DNA of 64,000 nt, from assembly GCA_963769425.1 (NCBI GenBank), contig CAVYLP010000004.1:320001-384000 (forward strand). Reading direction: 5' to 3'. Position numbers and translations under genes: made by a program. Shown here one piece after another: positions 1-9,977 of this stretch (the stretch's first letter is position 1; every line of letters starts with the position of its first letter). The notes below the pieces were generated by a model. It was not told the DNA's origin. It worked only from the letters and a program-made list of their open reading frames with translations, and searched no databases. The stretch is from Candidatus Bathyarchaeota archaeon (GTDB lineage Archaea; Thermoproteota; Bathyarchaeia; TCS64).

Positions 1-1
1 T

Positions 2-445
2 CAGGAGAAGAGCGCCGCCGTTCTAATCGACGAGAACGAGGGCGTCCTCGGCATATTGACGCCGAAGGAGCTTCTCACACTCATAGCGGAGCCCGCGACG
101 AAGGAGGAGATGCCCATCTCCATAGTTGGCCTCGCAAACGAGGAGTTCCTGGCGAGGAGCCTCGCCGAGGAGAAGGTGAGGAAGGTCATCACCCTCGGCA
201 TGAAGATTCACCCACACATCAACGACGTTCAGGTGGTCATCAAGAAGTCGGACAAGGGCGGCGAGAACGAGAGGTACGAGATGACGGCGCGCGCCCTAAG
301 CCCCACAGAGCAGTTCCAGACCTCAAACGCGGGCTACGACCTCGTAAAGACCTTCGACGGCCTCATGTCCTCCCTAGAGAAGGAGTTCAAGGAGGCAAAG
401 CACGAGTCCTCGAAGGTCCCCCGCAGGGGCAGGGGACGCTCCTAA
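2..445 (+). CDS. C-terminal part of a CBS-domain protein with a C-terminal HPF/RaiA-like domain (5' truncated by the window edge)
   Basis: Frame 2 is open from base 2: QEKSAAVLIDENEGVLGILTPKELL is a CBS-type motif. It is followed by about 100 aa with a beta-alpha-beta-beta-beta-alpha pattern ending GYDLVKTFDGLMSSLEKEF, which resembles the HPF DLYxAID..LERQL motif. Confidence 0.6.
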   Translation, partial: QEKSAAVLIDENEGVLGILTPKELLTLIAEPATKEEMPISIVGLANEEFLARSLAEEKVRKVITLGMKIHPHINDVQVVIKKSDKGGENERYEMTARALSPTEQFQTSNAGYDLVKTFDGLMSSLEKEFKEAKHESSKVPRRGRGRS

Positions 446-484
446 GCTTCTTAACCGGTCCCGACAACTCATTCTGGATTTAGC

Positions 485-1441
485 TTGCCCCAGTGGACAG
501 TTGTAGTCACGGAGCCGATCAACGAGGCCGGAGTCAAACTCCTAGAGAATAAGGGTGTCACCGTCATCCAGCTCCCACCGGGGAGCAGGGAGGACGCCCT
601 CGCCGCCGTCGCACCCTCGGCTGACGCGCTAATCACCCGCGGCGGGATACGGGTGACGCGCGAGATCATGGCATCGAGCCCCGGACTCAGGGCCATCGGA
701 GTCCACGGAATAGGGTGCGACCACGTCGACCTCGCCGCGGCTCAGGAGCTTGGTAAGGTTGTCCTCAACACACCCGACGCCCTCTCCGTCACCGTAGCTG
801 AGATGACGGTAGCTATGATGCTATCCATGACGCGAAAGATAGCCACGGCGGACAAGGTCGTCAGAAACGGTGGCTGGAGCCGAAAATACTCCGACCTTAT
901 CGGCGTCGAGCTGATGGGGAAAACCATCGGCCTCATTGGTCTCGGTCGGATAGGGGCTGCCACGGCGAGGCGGCTCAAGGCATTCGACGTTAAGCTACTC
1001 TACTGGAGCAGGACTCGCCACCCAGAGTTGGAACATGAACTCGGCTTAGAGTGGGTGGAGTTCACCGAACTCCTCGGCAGGAGCGACATCGTGAGCCTCC
1101 ATGTCCCGGGCACCGCTGAGACGCACCACCTCCTAGGCTCAAAGGAATTCGCGTGCATGAAGCGTGGCGCGATGATTGTAAACACAGCACGCGGTAGAAT
1201 CATCGACGAGGCAGCACTCGTGGAGGCGCTGAGGGGCGGACAAATATCCGCAGCGGCCCTCGACGTCTTCGAACAGGAGCCGGTGAAGCCCGACAACCAG
1301 CTGCTCGCCATGGATAACGTAGTGCTAGCCCCCCACCTCGGGGCCAGCAGCTTAGAGGCCATGAAGCGGATAGCTATACAGGTCGCACAGGGCGTTCTCG
1401 ACGTGCTGGAAAGCAAAGAGCCTCGGAATAGAGTCGCATAA
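485..1441 (+). CDS. D-isomer-specific 2-hydroxyacid dehydrogenase (SerA/phosphoglycerate dehydrogenase-like, no ACT domain)
   Basis: GLIGLGRIG Rossmann motif, VNTARG, AALDVFEQEP and PHLGAS catalytic motifs. Confidence 0.9.
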   Translation: MPQWTVVVTEPINEAGVKLLENKGVTVIQLPPGSREDALAAVAPSADALITRGGIRVTREIMASSPGLRAIGVHGIGCDHVDLAAAQELGKVVLNTPDALSVTVAEMTVAMMLSMTRKIATADKVVRNGGWSRKYSDLIGVELMGKTIGLIGLGRIGAATARRLKAFDVKLLYWSRTRHPELEHELGLEWVEFTELLGRSDIVSLHVPGTAETHHLLGSKEFACMKRGAMIVNTARGRIIDEAALVEALRGGQISAAALDVFEQEPVKPDNQLLAMDNVVLAPHLGASSLEAMKRIAIQVAQGVLDVLESKEPRNRVA

Positions 1442-1527
1442 GAACTCAAAAAGCAGTCGCCAATCCAGGTCACCCCCTAAGGAAATGGTTTTAAAGCCTC
1501 GACCCCCCGGATAGGAGAGGTGTGAAT

Positions 1528-1710
1528 ATGCCTACAGTCACAGTAGACAAGAACAAGTGTGATGGAGAGGGCACATGCGTGGACGTCTGCCCAATGAACG
1601 TCTACGACATGGTCAACAAAAAATCCGAGCCCACACGGGCCGCAGACTGCATCGCATGCATGGCATGCGTCAACAGCTGCCCCACACAGGCAATAACCGT
1701 CGAGCCGTAA
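1528..1710 (+). CDS. Dicluster-type ferredoxin
   Basis: CDGEGTCVDVCP and CIACMACVNSCP motifs; GAGGTG Shine-Dalgarno before the ATG at 1528. Confidence 0.9.
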   Translation: MPTVTVDKNKCDGEGTCVDVCPMNVYDMVNKKSEPTRAADCIACMACVNSCPTQAITVEP

Positions 1711-1744
1711 AAAGCTCAAAAACCGTCCTTTTTAACTCCCGTTT

Positions 1745-2416
1745 TTAACGAGGCCTAACCGAGACAGCCCTTACTATGTCGGCCGTGTTCTCGCACCAAT
1801 CGGCGACCGTCTCCAAGGCGTCCAGGAACTCGTTGAGGAGTATGAGAGAACCCATGCTCCACCCCTTAAACTCCAGATTAGCTAGGTGCTGCCTAGCCTG
1901 GCTGTAGAGTTCGTCGATGTCCTCCTCTAGCATCTCGACCTTGTTGGCTAGGTTTATGGCCTCCTTCGGATCTGTCGAGATGACCTTAAGGCAATCGTCG
2001 AGTACCGTTACGCAGTCGGCATCGGCCTTCGCCATGTTCAGGGCGGCTTCCCTCATCTCCTGCGGGGCCCTGTCGAGGTGGATAACGTTCATTATTCTCC
2101 CAGCCTCCTTGCTCCAGTCGGCTATCCAGTCGACCGCGCGGACCATCTCCATAAGGTCATCCCGCTCCTCGGGGAACATCTCGCTCTTCGTGAGGGCGTC
2201 GACCATCTGCCTCCTTAACTCGTCGGCCTCCATCTCCATCCGGCTAAGGCTGATGTAGTGCGTGGAGCACTTCTCAGCATCGCAGTGCGCCGCGGCGTCG
2301 ACCATGCTGTACATCTCCATGACCGCACCCTTAGTGAGTTCAAGGTGCTTCTCCGCCATCGCGAGAACTTCTTCGCCGCGCTTAGGGGCGAACCATCCGA
2401 AGAGTTTCCTAGACAA
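1745..2416 (-). CDS. DUF47/PhoU-like phosphate transport regulator
   Basis: Repeated helical E..AD / DW.AD motifs; lies downstream of the Na/Pi transporter. Confidence 0.85.
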   Translation of the reverse strand: MSRKLFGWFAPKRGEEVLAMAEKHLELTKGAVMEMYSMVDAAAHCDAEKCSTHYISLSRMEMEADELRRQMVDALTKSEMFPEERDDLMEMVRAVDWIADWSKEAGRIMNVIHLDRAPQEMREAALNMAKADADCVTVLDDCLKVISTDPKEAINLANKVEMLEEDIDELYSQARQHLANLEFKGWSMGSLILLNEFLDALETVADWCENTADIVRAVSVRPR

Positions 2417-2467
2417 TCTTCCCGTCTATCCCTCTGAACATTAGTTTATGAAACCTTCCCCCGAAGC

Positions 2468-3547
2468 TCATACCCTGAGGAAATAGTAGAGGATAACAGA
2501 AGCGGGGACGAGATGGAAGACCACCGTGATGACGAGGGTGAGCTTTGGCGACGCCGCGACCTTGTCGGCTGTGACCTTGATCATCTTGCTGAACGGCTTC
2601 ATTAAGGGGAGGAAGATGAGGGCTCCGATGACGTTGATGCTAAGGTGGACGAGCCAGACCCCCATCGCCACCGGGTCGCCGGTCGCCATCGCGGCTATCA
2701 TTACGTCAAAGACCGTTCCTATATTGGCGCCGAGTATGTAGGGCAAAATGTAGTAGTCGGCGCTGAGGACGCCACTCGTGGCGAGAGGTATCAGCAGAGA
2801 AACCATTACCGTGGTACTCGGGATGAGCATGGTGAACAGGAACCCTGCCAGGAAGGAGCGCAGAGGCTTCTGGAATGTCGCCCTGATGAGGTTCCAGGAC
2901 CTCGGCATGTTGAATATCTCGGTCATGTACTTCTCGACACCTCCGAGGGCGAGGACTAGCATGGCGGCGCCAGCGATTATCCCTAGCCAGGGTGGGATAT
3001 ACCTCAGAACTACGGGGACCCACGGTGTGGCGACCTCGAGTACGTCAGGGATGGCGTTGAGCCATGGCGCTTTCACGAAGATATTGCTCCCCTGAAGCGC
3101 GATGAAGGTGAGGAACCCGAAGAACAGCTCGGCGGGGAAGAAAATCATCAGACAGATGAGGTTATAGAGTACGTGGGTTAACGTCACGTTAAAGGCCGCA
3201 CCCTGGTTCTTCTTCCCCCTGATTTGATTGAGGACCGAGATCAGGAAGGGGGTAACGGTTGTCCCGAGCTCCGCTCCGAGTATGGATGAGACGGCTAAGC
3301 TAAGTGGCATAGCACCCGAGGAGACGAAGGCAACGACTATGCTGTCGAAGGCTCCGCTGCTGTGGACTAGTGCGGTTCCGATCCAACCAGCGAAGACAGC
3401 GCTTGTTGTGTCCCTGATGATTAGCACTATGCCCTCTGTCAGGGCCGTCGCCATCATCGATGCAGAGTCCTTGATGAGCATTATAGCGGAGATGAAGAAG
3501 TACAGCGCACCCAAGGAGCCCAGTACGTTCCAATACTTGGAACCCAA
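2468..3547 (-). CDS. Na/Pi cotransporter family protein
   Basis: Hydrophobic; duplicated VHSSG...ILGAELGTT and ILGANIGT motifs. Confidence 0.85.
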   Translation of the reverse strand: MGSKYWNVLGSLGALYFFISAIMLIKDSASMMATALTEGIVLIIRDTTSAVFAGWIGTALVHSSGAFDSIVVAFVSSGAMPLSLAVSSILGAELGTTVTPFLISVLNQIRGKKNQGAAFNVTLTHVLYNLICLMIFFPAELFFGFLTFIALQGSNIFVKAPWLNAIPDVLEVATPWVPVVLRYIPPWLGIIAGAAMLVLALGGVEKYMTEIFNMPRSWNLIRATFQKPLRSFLAGFLFTMLIPSTTVMVSLLIPLATSGVLSADYYILPYILGANIGTVFDVMIAAMATGDPVAMGVWLVHLSINVIGALIFLPLMKPFSKMIKVTADKVAASPKLTLVITVVFHLVPASVILYYFLRV

Positions 3548-3606
3548 AGCGATCCTTATTCGATTTCGGGTATATAATTAAGTGTAATCTATATAGAATA
3601 TTGTGA

Positions 3607-4206
3607 TTATATAGGCGTGGTTTTATATTTTAGGGTGTTTAGGCCGGCGTCTTTGAGCATATCGTGCAGTAGACTCAGGGGTAGGCCGACGACGTTGTAA
3701 AAGCAGCCCTCAACGCCCTCGATTGTCACCGCGCCGATCCCTTGGGCGGCGTATGCGCCCGCCTTATCCATTGGCTCCCCCGTGGCGACGTAGGCGTCGA
3801 TCTCGTCCTCGCCCAGCCGACGCATCGAGACCTTCGTCTCTTCTGTCTGGATGTCGCATAAGCTTTTTTCCTTAATGACGACTGCTACCGCCGATATTAC
3901 CGTGTGTATTCTGCCACTGAGAACCAGGAGCATGCGTTTAGCATCATCGGCGTCCTTAGGTTTCTCAATGATTCTACCGTCTAAGACCACGATTGTGTCC
4001 GCCGCCACGACGATTCGATCGGGGTATCTGGCCGAAACCGCCTCCACCTTCTTCAATGCGTTCTCCCTGACATGCATAATCGGATCGGATGACTCACTAT
4101 TCTCAACGTCGCCTGGGTCTACAACCTCGAAGGCGATTTCCAGCTGCCTCAAAAGGGACGCCCTGCGGGGGGAGGTCGACGCGAGCACCAGCACTTGACC
4201 GTTCAA
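3607..4206 (-). CDS. maf: Maf-family nucleoside triphosphate pyrophosphatase
   Basis: LASTSPRR, AADTIV, KP, DKAGAY and NVVGLP motifs. Confidence 0.95.
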   Translation of the reverse strand: MNGQVLVLASTSPRRASLLRQLEIAFEVVDPGDVENSESSDPIMHVRENALKKVEAVSARYPDRIVVAADTIVVLDGRIIEKPKDADDAKRMLLVLSGRIHTVISAVAVVIKEKSLCDIQTEETKVSMRRLGEDEIDAYVATGEPMDKAGAYAAQGIGAVTIEGVEGCFYNVVGLPLSLLHDMLKDAGLNTLKYKTTPI

Positions 4207-4275
4207 AGATTATCACCCTCAGCGTTTTATCTCGGAGCGGGATTCACAGAGATGGGGTAAGCCGCGGGTATAAGA

Positions 4276-4836
4276 GTGATTGTGATGGAGAAAATATACT
4301 ACTCGGCGCTTGAGACGCCACTAGGAAGGATGTGGGTAGCCGCCTCGGAGCGCGGGCTAGTCCAGTTCGACATGACGGACGATAAAGAGGGCTTCATGAG
4401 AGAGCTGAAAGAGAGGATCAAGGCTGAATACGTCGAAGATCCTAGTAAGTTCAAGCAGCTGCGGGCCGAGCTCGAACGTTACTTCAGTGGAGAGAAGCTC
4501 ATCTTCAAAGGTCCATTCGACATGAGGGGAACGCCCTTCCAAGTGGATGTCTGGAAGGCGATCCACTCCATCCCCAACGGGAAACTGACTAGCTACGGCG
4601 GGATAGCGAAGCAGATCGGGCGGCCGAAGGCGGTCCGTGCAGTTGGAAACGCCGTGGGTGACAACCCAATGGGACTTATAGTCCCTTGCCATAGGGTGGT
4701 ATCCTCGGACGGGGGCATCGGCGGCTTCAGCACAGGCCTCGAGTGGAAGAGGAAGCTCCTCGCTCAAGAGGGCATCCTAGGGTCCTCCGAGGGAAAGCCC
4801 GAGACGGGCCTCGACCTGCGCAAGTTCTTCAAGTGA
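4276..4836 (+). CDS. ogt: Methylated-DNA--protein-cysteine methyltransferase
   Basis: GTPFQ..VW, RAVGNA and the PCHRV active-site motif. Confidence 0.95.
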   Translation: MIVMEKIYYSALETPLGRMWVAASERGLVQFDMTDDKEGFMRELKERIKAEYVEDPSKFKQLRAELERYFSGEKLIFKGPFDMRGTPFQVDVWKAIHSIPNGKLTSYGGIAKQIGRPKAVRAVGNAVGDNPMGLIVPCHRVVSSDGGIGGFSTGLEWKRKLLAQEGILGSSEGKPETGLDLRKFFK

Positions 4837-4873
4837 CCGCTAGTATTTTCCCGCGCCGAGGTGTTCCTCATCC

Positions 4874-6385
4874 ATGGCTACAAAGAGGATCGTGCTCGGC
4901 ACCTTCAGCCACGAGACAAACGTGCTGTCGAACATCAAGACGGACCTCTCTGAGTTCCGGAAGAGGCACCTGTTCCACGGGGACGAGATCCCGCCCCACT
5001 TCCGAGGGACGAAGACCGCCGCGGGAGGTCTGATCGATGGGTGCGAGAAGAACGGGTTCGAGTTTGTAGAGACTGTGCACGCGTCAGCTACACCCAGCGG
5101 CATCATCGTAGAGGAGGCTTACGAGCACATCCTCGGCGCGATGCTCGACGGGATCAAGGCGGCGAAGCCCTTCGACGCCGTAGCCCTCCATCTTCACGGT
5201 GCTGCCGTCGCCGAGGGGCACGACGATGTCGAGGGGGACGTCCTCAGCGAGGTTCGGAAGCTCATAGGAAAGAAGCCACTCGTCGCCAGCTTCGACCTCC
5301 ACGCCAACTACACCGAGAAGATGGTAAGGGAGGCAGACATCTCAGTCGGCTACGACACCTACCCCCATATAGACGAGTACGAGCGCGCCGTAGAGTCCGT
5401 CGACTTGCTTGCCAAGATGCTCGACGGCAAGCTGAAGCCTACGAGGGCGCTGAGGCAACCCCCGATGCTCCCCGCACTACAGGCACAGTTCACGGGGAGG
5501 TACCCGATGGCGAAGCTTCTCGAAGAGGCTCACCGGATGGAGCAGCTACCCGGAGTCGAGGCGGTCACTGTCGCCGCGGGCTTCCCCTGGAGCGACATAA
5601 AGGAGGCTGGCATGAGCTTCATAGTCATCACGAACAACGACCAGAAGCAGGCAGACGCCCTCGCCGAGGAGCTAAGCGACCTCGCGTGGTCGATCCGTAG
5701 GGACTTTCTAGTCAAGCCGATGCCCGTGAGGGACGCTTTGAAGAAAGTGAAGGCGGCCAAGGAGGGGCCTATCGTCCTTGCAGACATCGGTGATAACCCC
5801 GGGGGCGGCACCCCCTGCGACGGCACATTCGTCCTCAAGGCAGTCCTCGAGGAGGGATTAACCAGCGGCATCTTCGGCGTCATCTGGGACCCCGCAGCCG
5901 CGGCGAAAGCAGCAAGAGCCGGGCCAGGGAAGGAGATTGAGGTAAACCTCGGTGGTCACACGGACCGGCTCCACGGAAAACCGATCAGGGTCAAGGCGCA
6001 CGTGAAGAGCGTAAGCGACGGGAAGTGGCTGGTAAAGGGTCCGATGGGCACCGGTTCGCTCACCGAGATGGGCCTCACAGCCGTCCTGAATGTCGCCGGA
6101 AATGACTTGATAGTCACGTCGCTCCGACTCCAGCCACTGGACCTAGAGCTATACCGTAGCCAGGGGATTGAGCCGACATCGGCGAAGTTCATCGTTGTGA
6201 AGTCGAGTGTTCACTATCGCGCAAGCCACGAACCCGTCGCCAAGGAGATAATCGAGCTCGACACACCCGGCCTAACATCGCCACGTCTCGCGGGCTTCAA
6301 GTTCCGCAAGATTAGGCGACCTATCTTTCCCCTCGACTTCGAGATGCTTGGAATAACCGAGCTCAAGAGGATGGACGAGGAGTAG
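4874..6385 (+). CDS. M81-family metallopeptidase (MlrC-like)
   Basis: HETN, LHLHGA, DLHAN, YPHID, DNPGGG and VKSSVHYRA motifs. Confidence 0.9.
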   Translation: MATKRIVLGTFSHETNVLSNIKTDLSEFRKRHLFHGDEIPPHFRGTKTAAGGLIDGCEKNGFEFVETVHASATPSGIIVEEAYEHILGAMLDGIKAAKPFDAVALHLHGAAVAEGHDDVEGDVLSEVRKLIGKKPLVASFDLHANYTEKMVREADISVGYDTYPHIDEYERAVESVDLLAKMLDGKLKPTRALRQPPMLPALQAQFTGRYPMAKLLEEAHRMEQLPGVEAVTVAAGFPWSDIKEAGMSFIVITNNDQKQADALAEELSDLAWSIRRDFLVKPMPVRDALKKVKAAKEGPIVLADIGDNPGGGTPCDGTFVLKAVLEEGLTSGIFGVIWDPAAAAKAARAGPGKEIEVNLGGHTDRLHGKPIRVKAHVKSVSDGKWLVKGPMGTGSLTEMGLTAVLNVAGNDLIVTSLRLQPLDLELYRSQGIEPTSAKFIVVKSSVHYRASHEPVAKEIIELDTPGLTSPRLAGFKFRKIRRPIFPLDFEMLGITELKRMDEE

Positions 6386-7466
6386 AGAGGACGCGCTCGT
6401 AGGCAGCTAGGTGCTGGTCGATGACATTCCCCACCTCGTGAACGGATGAGACGTAGCGTCTGCCCTTCTCCCCAAGCTCCTTCCAATTCCCCTCCAGCAG
6501 CCACCGGAGCCCCGAGGCGTAGTCGCCCCCCTTCACGTGGTAGCCGAACCCGCTGGCGAAGCCGTCGGGGTCGTGCGGGCTGAGGATGGCGCACCCGTGG
6601 GCGGCCGCCTCGAGGAAGCTGACGGGTAGGCACTCGCTCACGCTCGTGTTCACGAGGACCCAGCTCGACGACAGCAGTGCCTCCTTTTCGATTCCCTCGA
6701 TGAAGCCGGGGAACTCGAGGTTTCGCACGGGGTAGTACTTCCTCACGAGGTTATCGTCACGGCTCTTGCTGTTGGCTTTCCCCGCGGCGACGAACCTTAC
6801 ACCGGGGAACTCCTTTGCTAGCTCGAAGAACGTCTCGGGCCTCTTCTCCCTGTCGAACCTGCCGAGAAAGCAGACCATGGGTGTCTTCGCTTTGGTGGGG
6901 GTTCTCTTCGGTACCCTCACGGGATTCGGGAGAAACAACGGGTCCTCCGCAAGATTGTATAGTGCCTTTGTCTTGGGTACGATGTACTTGGCCTGGCAGT
7001 AGACGGCGTCGAGCCTCTTGACGCAACCATCGACGCCTGGGCAGATGAAGGCATTATAGAGCTTGCGCCTAAGAGGGTAGTACCTCTCGACCATACGCCA
7101 GTCTTCCCTCGTCTTCGGGTTCTGCGAGGTAGCGACATGTTTCGAGCCGGGGACCGCCTCAAGCGCTATCTTCGTACCCCAACTCGGCTCCTCCGAGTGG
7201 TAGATGTCCGCCTTTATCCCACTGTAGATGTCGCCAGTCGAGGGGTATCTCGTGAGGGGAAAGGAGTGGACTGCCATGCCGTCCAGTTCCTCCAGTCTCC
7301 CCTGTCTTTTCCCGGCGGGGACGACGACGGAGACGTCGACGCCCCTCTTCGCGAGCTCCCTGCCTATCATCCTCGTCGCCGCCCCGAAGCCGCCCTTCCT
7401 TCCCCAGGCGAAGAGCTCGGTGGCGACTAGGCAGAGGTGTAGATCCATAATAATATTTACTTTCAA
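6363..7466 (-). CDS. GT4-family glycosyltransferase
   Basis: FLGRFDREKRPE and NTSVSECLPVSFLEAAAHG (E-x7-E) motifs. Confidence 0.9.
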   Translation of the reverse strand: MKVNIIMDLHLCLVATELFAWGRKGGFGAATRMIGRELAKRGVDVSVVVPAGKRQGRLEELDGMAVHSFPLTRYPSTGDIYSGIKADIYHSEEPSWGTKIALEAVPGSKHVATSQNPKTREDWRMVERYYPLRRKLYNAFICPGVDGCVKRLDAVYCQAKYIVPKTKALYNLAEDPLFLPNPVRVPKRTPTKAKTPMVCFLGRFDREKRPETFFELAKEFPGVRFVAAGKANSKSRDDNLVRKYYPVRNLEFPGFIEGIEKEALLSSSWVLVNTSVSECLPVSFLEAAAHGCAILSPHDPDGFASGFGYHVKGGDYASGLRWLLEGNWKELGEKGRRYVSSVHEVGNVIDQHLAAYERVLSTPRPSS

Positions 7467-7482
7467 CTATCTTTTATAAATC

Positions 7483-8622
7483 ATGTGCCCGCGGGTGTTA
7501 GTAATCACCCCCTGTTATCCGCGTTTCCCGGGGGACTTTAACGGTGGGTTCGTGAGGGACCTCTGCCTCCGTCTCGCGGCGAGAGGGGTGGAGCTCTCGG
7601 TGCTCGCGCCAAGAAGCAGGACGATGGGGGACCAGGTGGCGCCTTACCCGGTAAAGCGCTTCCCCTATCTCCCCCTGAGGAGGCTTGAGTCCCTGCCAGA
7701 GGAGACCATGAAAGGGGCACCAATAGGAAGGCTCGCCCAACTTCTCCCCTACATGGCATCATGTCTCCTTCACGCCTCGGCCGCCTCTCCCATGCTCATC
7801 CACAGCCACCTAGCTATCCCCCTCGGCTTCGTCGCCTCCTTCGCTCCCGTCAAGGCGCCTAAGATAATCACCTGCCACGGCAGCGACTGCACGTTACCTC
7901 TCGACAACCCCGCGTACCTCCCTTTCACCCGACACGCCCTACGAGATGCTGATCTCGTCGTCGCCGTTTCTCGATACGTCGAGTGCCTCTCTAGGAGGCT
8001 CGGAGCGAGGAAAACAGAGACAATCTACCTCGGCGTTGACACCCGCCGCTTCAAGCCACCCACGGATCGCTCCGAACTCAGGATAAAGGCGGGAATTCCT
8101 AAGGATGCACTTGTCGTAGGTACCCTGGGGCGGCTCGTCCGAGAGAAGAGGATACTAGACATCATCGAAGCCTCCGGGCTGGTCTCGAAGAAATTGGAAG
8201 CGATGTTTCTAATTGGCGGGGATGGACCTGAGAAGCGGAGCCTTGAGGCTTTCACGAGGGCGAGGGGGTTCGACAACGTCCGATTTATGGGAACCATTAA
8301 CGACACGCCATCCTTCCTCGGCTTGCTGGACATATTCGTTCTAGCCTCCTCCCGTGAGGGACTCTCACTGAGCCTGCAGGAAGCCATGGCTTCCAAATGC
8401 GTCCCGGTTGCAGCCGAGGGACACGGTTCGGAGGAGCTTATCACAGACGGGCGTAATGGCCTACTCTACGCCGGTGGTCCTACAGAGTTGGGGGATCGAA
8501 TAATCGAGGCCGCGGACTCCCTTTCAATGGGTAGTAGAGCCAGGGAGACGATCATCGAAGGATTCGACGCCGAGGCGGGCGCGGACAAGTACGCGGAGCT
8601 CTACAGCCGGCTAGCCTTTTAA
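7483..8622 (+). CDS. GT4-family glycosyltransferase
   Basis: HGSD, GRLVREK and SSREGLSLSLQEAMA motifs. Confidence 0.9.
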   Translation: MCPRVLVITPCYPRFPGDFNGGFVRDLCLRLAARGVELSVLAPRSRTMGDQVAPYPVKRFPYLPLRRLESLPEETMKGAPIGRLAQLLPYMASCLLHASAASPMLIHSHLAIPLGFVASFAPVKAPKIITCHGSDCTLPLDNPAYLPFTRHALRDADLVVAVSRYVECLSRRLGARKTETIYLGVDTRRFKPPTDRSELRIKAGIPKDALVVGTLGRLVREKRILDIIEASGLVSKKLEAMFLIGGDGPEKRSLEAFTRARGFDNVRFMGTINDTPSFLGLLDIFVLASSREGLSLSLQEAMASKCVPVAAEGHGSEELITDGRNGLLYAGGPTELGDRIIEAADSLSMGSRARETIIEGFDAEAGADKYAELYSRLAF

Positions 8623-8628
8623 TCGGAG

Positions 8629-9315
8629 GTGACTCATCTCTCAGTCATGAGGGTCGCTGGGGTCGACGAGGCGGGGAGAGGCAGCGCAATCGGCCCTCTC
8701 GTCGTCGCTGGTGCCTCATTCCCCTCGGAGCACATAAAGACCCTTGTGGAGCTTGGCGTCAAGGACTCGAAGCAGTTAACCGCCAAGAGGCGTGAGGAGC
8801 TTGCGCCCCAGATCGAGGCACTCGCTACGGGGGTCAGATACTTTGACCTCCAGCCACGCTCCATCGACTCCGTCGTGAACCGCGGCGTCAGGCTGAAGAG
8901 ACTCAACTACCTCGAAGCCGCCGCGATGGCGAGGGTGTTGAGAGAGCTCGACCCTGAGGAGGCCTATGTCGACGCCTCGGATGTGGACGAGGTCCGCTAC
9001 GGCGAGACGATACTCCGCCTCCTCCCCGCCAAGCCTAGGATCGTCTCTGAGCACAAGGCGGACTCAACGTACCCCGTTGTGTCCGCAGCCTCTGTTCTAG
9101 CTAAGGTGAGGAGGGACGCCCTAGTCGCGGCTCTGCGCGTGGAGTACGGGGACTTCAACTCCGGTTACCCTAGCGACGAGAGGGCGATAGAATGGCTTGA
9201 GTCATGGTATAAGGAGCATAGGAGCTGGCCCAGCATAGTGCGCCACAGTTGGGAGCCGGTGAAGAGGATCCGTCTCGACGCCGCTCAGACGAGGCTCGCG
9301 AGCGCCAGCGCATGA
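8629..9315 (+). CDS. rnhB: Ribonuclease HII
   Basis: GVDEAGRG, VKDSKQL, KAD..YPVVSAASVLAKV and SGYPSD motifs; C-terminal QTRL resembles a PIP box. Confidence 0.97.
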   Translation: MTHLSVMRVAGVDEAGRGSAIGPLVVAGASFPSEHIKTLVELGVKDSKQLTAKRREELAPQIEALATGVRYFDLQPRSIDSVVNRGVRLKRLNYLEAAAMARVLRELDPEEAYVDASDVDEVRYGETILRLLPAKPRIVSEHKADSTYPVVSAASVLAKVRRDALVAALRVEYGDFNSGYPSDERAIEWLESWYKEHRSWPSIVRHSWEPVKRIRLDAAQTRLASASA

Positions 9316-9971
9316 TCCAACTCGTAGGGGTCGAGCTCGATGACCTCCTCGACCCTGAATCCACCGGCCTCTAGGATTTTGACCTGGTCCTTGTATATCT
9401 CTGCAGGGTCCCTGCTAACGTCGATGCTCCTCGACTTAATTGAGAGCATCACGTAGCCTCCCTTCTTGAGGAACAGGCGCGCGTTCTTCACGACTATATC
9501 TGCCTGGTCGGGCTGCGCCACATCAGCGAAAATTGTATCTACCTTTGACACCTGGAAAGCGTAGCTTTGGGGCTGGCGAGCGTCGCTGAGGATTGGAGTC
9601 AGGTTCTTCCTGTACTTCGCGACCTGGTCGATTAGGTCCCTTATCGGGCGGGGGGCGAAGTCGACTCCCCAGACATGGCCCGATTCGCCGATTATGTCGG
9701 AGACGTGGCTGCAGGTGGTACCAGAGGCAACACCCAGGTAAAGGACCTTAGCACCGGGGATGATGGGGTTCCTCTTCAGCCCCTTCATGATGGCGGCACC
9801 GAGCTTGCTGCGGGAGGGGTTCCAGAGGCGGTATTCGACACCGCTTAGGTTGATTAGTTCTTCCCCGTACACTCTCTTCCCTGGAGCTAAGTTACGGGTG
9901 GCTAGGAGCCTCTGCCCGTTTTGAGTTATGAAGTAAACTCCTGGCGTGTGCTCGGCAATTGTGGGCCCCAA
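9285..9971 (-). CDS. flpA: Fibrillarin (box C/D rRNA 2'-O-methyltransferase)
   Basis: VYGE, WNPSRSKLGAAI, VLYLGVASGTTCSHVSD, DVAQPDQ and IKSRSID motifs. Confidence 0.97.
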   Translation of the reverse strand: MGPTIAEHTPGVYFITQNGQRLLATRNLAPGKRVYGEELINLSGVEYRLWNPSRSKLGAAIMKGLKRNPIIPGAKVLYLGVASGTTCSHVSDIIGESGHVWGVDFAPRPIRDLIDQVAKYRKNLTPILSDARQPQSYAFQVSKVDTIFADVAQPDQADIVVKNARLFLKKGGYVMLSIKSRSIDVSRDPAEIYKDQVKILEAGGFRVEEVIELDPYELDHALALASLV

Positions 9972-9977
9972 TCGGGG

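Noticed and set aside
5041-5700. Long alternative-frame and antisense ORFs over GC-rich genes (e.g. 5041-5700, 1000-1473, 6214-6633, 17690-18193)
   Set aside because: Shadow ORFs expected from high GC3 codon bias; Arg/Ser-rich with no motifs, and they overlap well-supported genes
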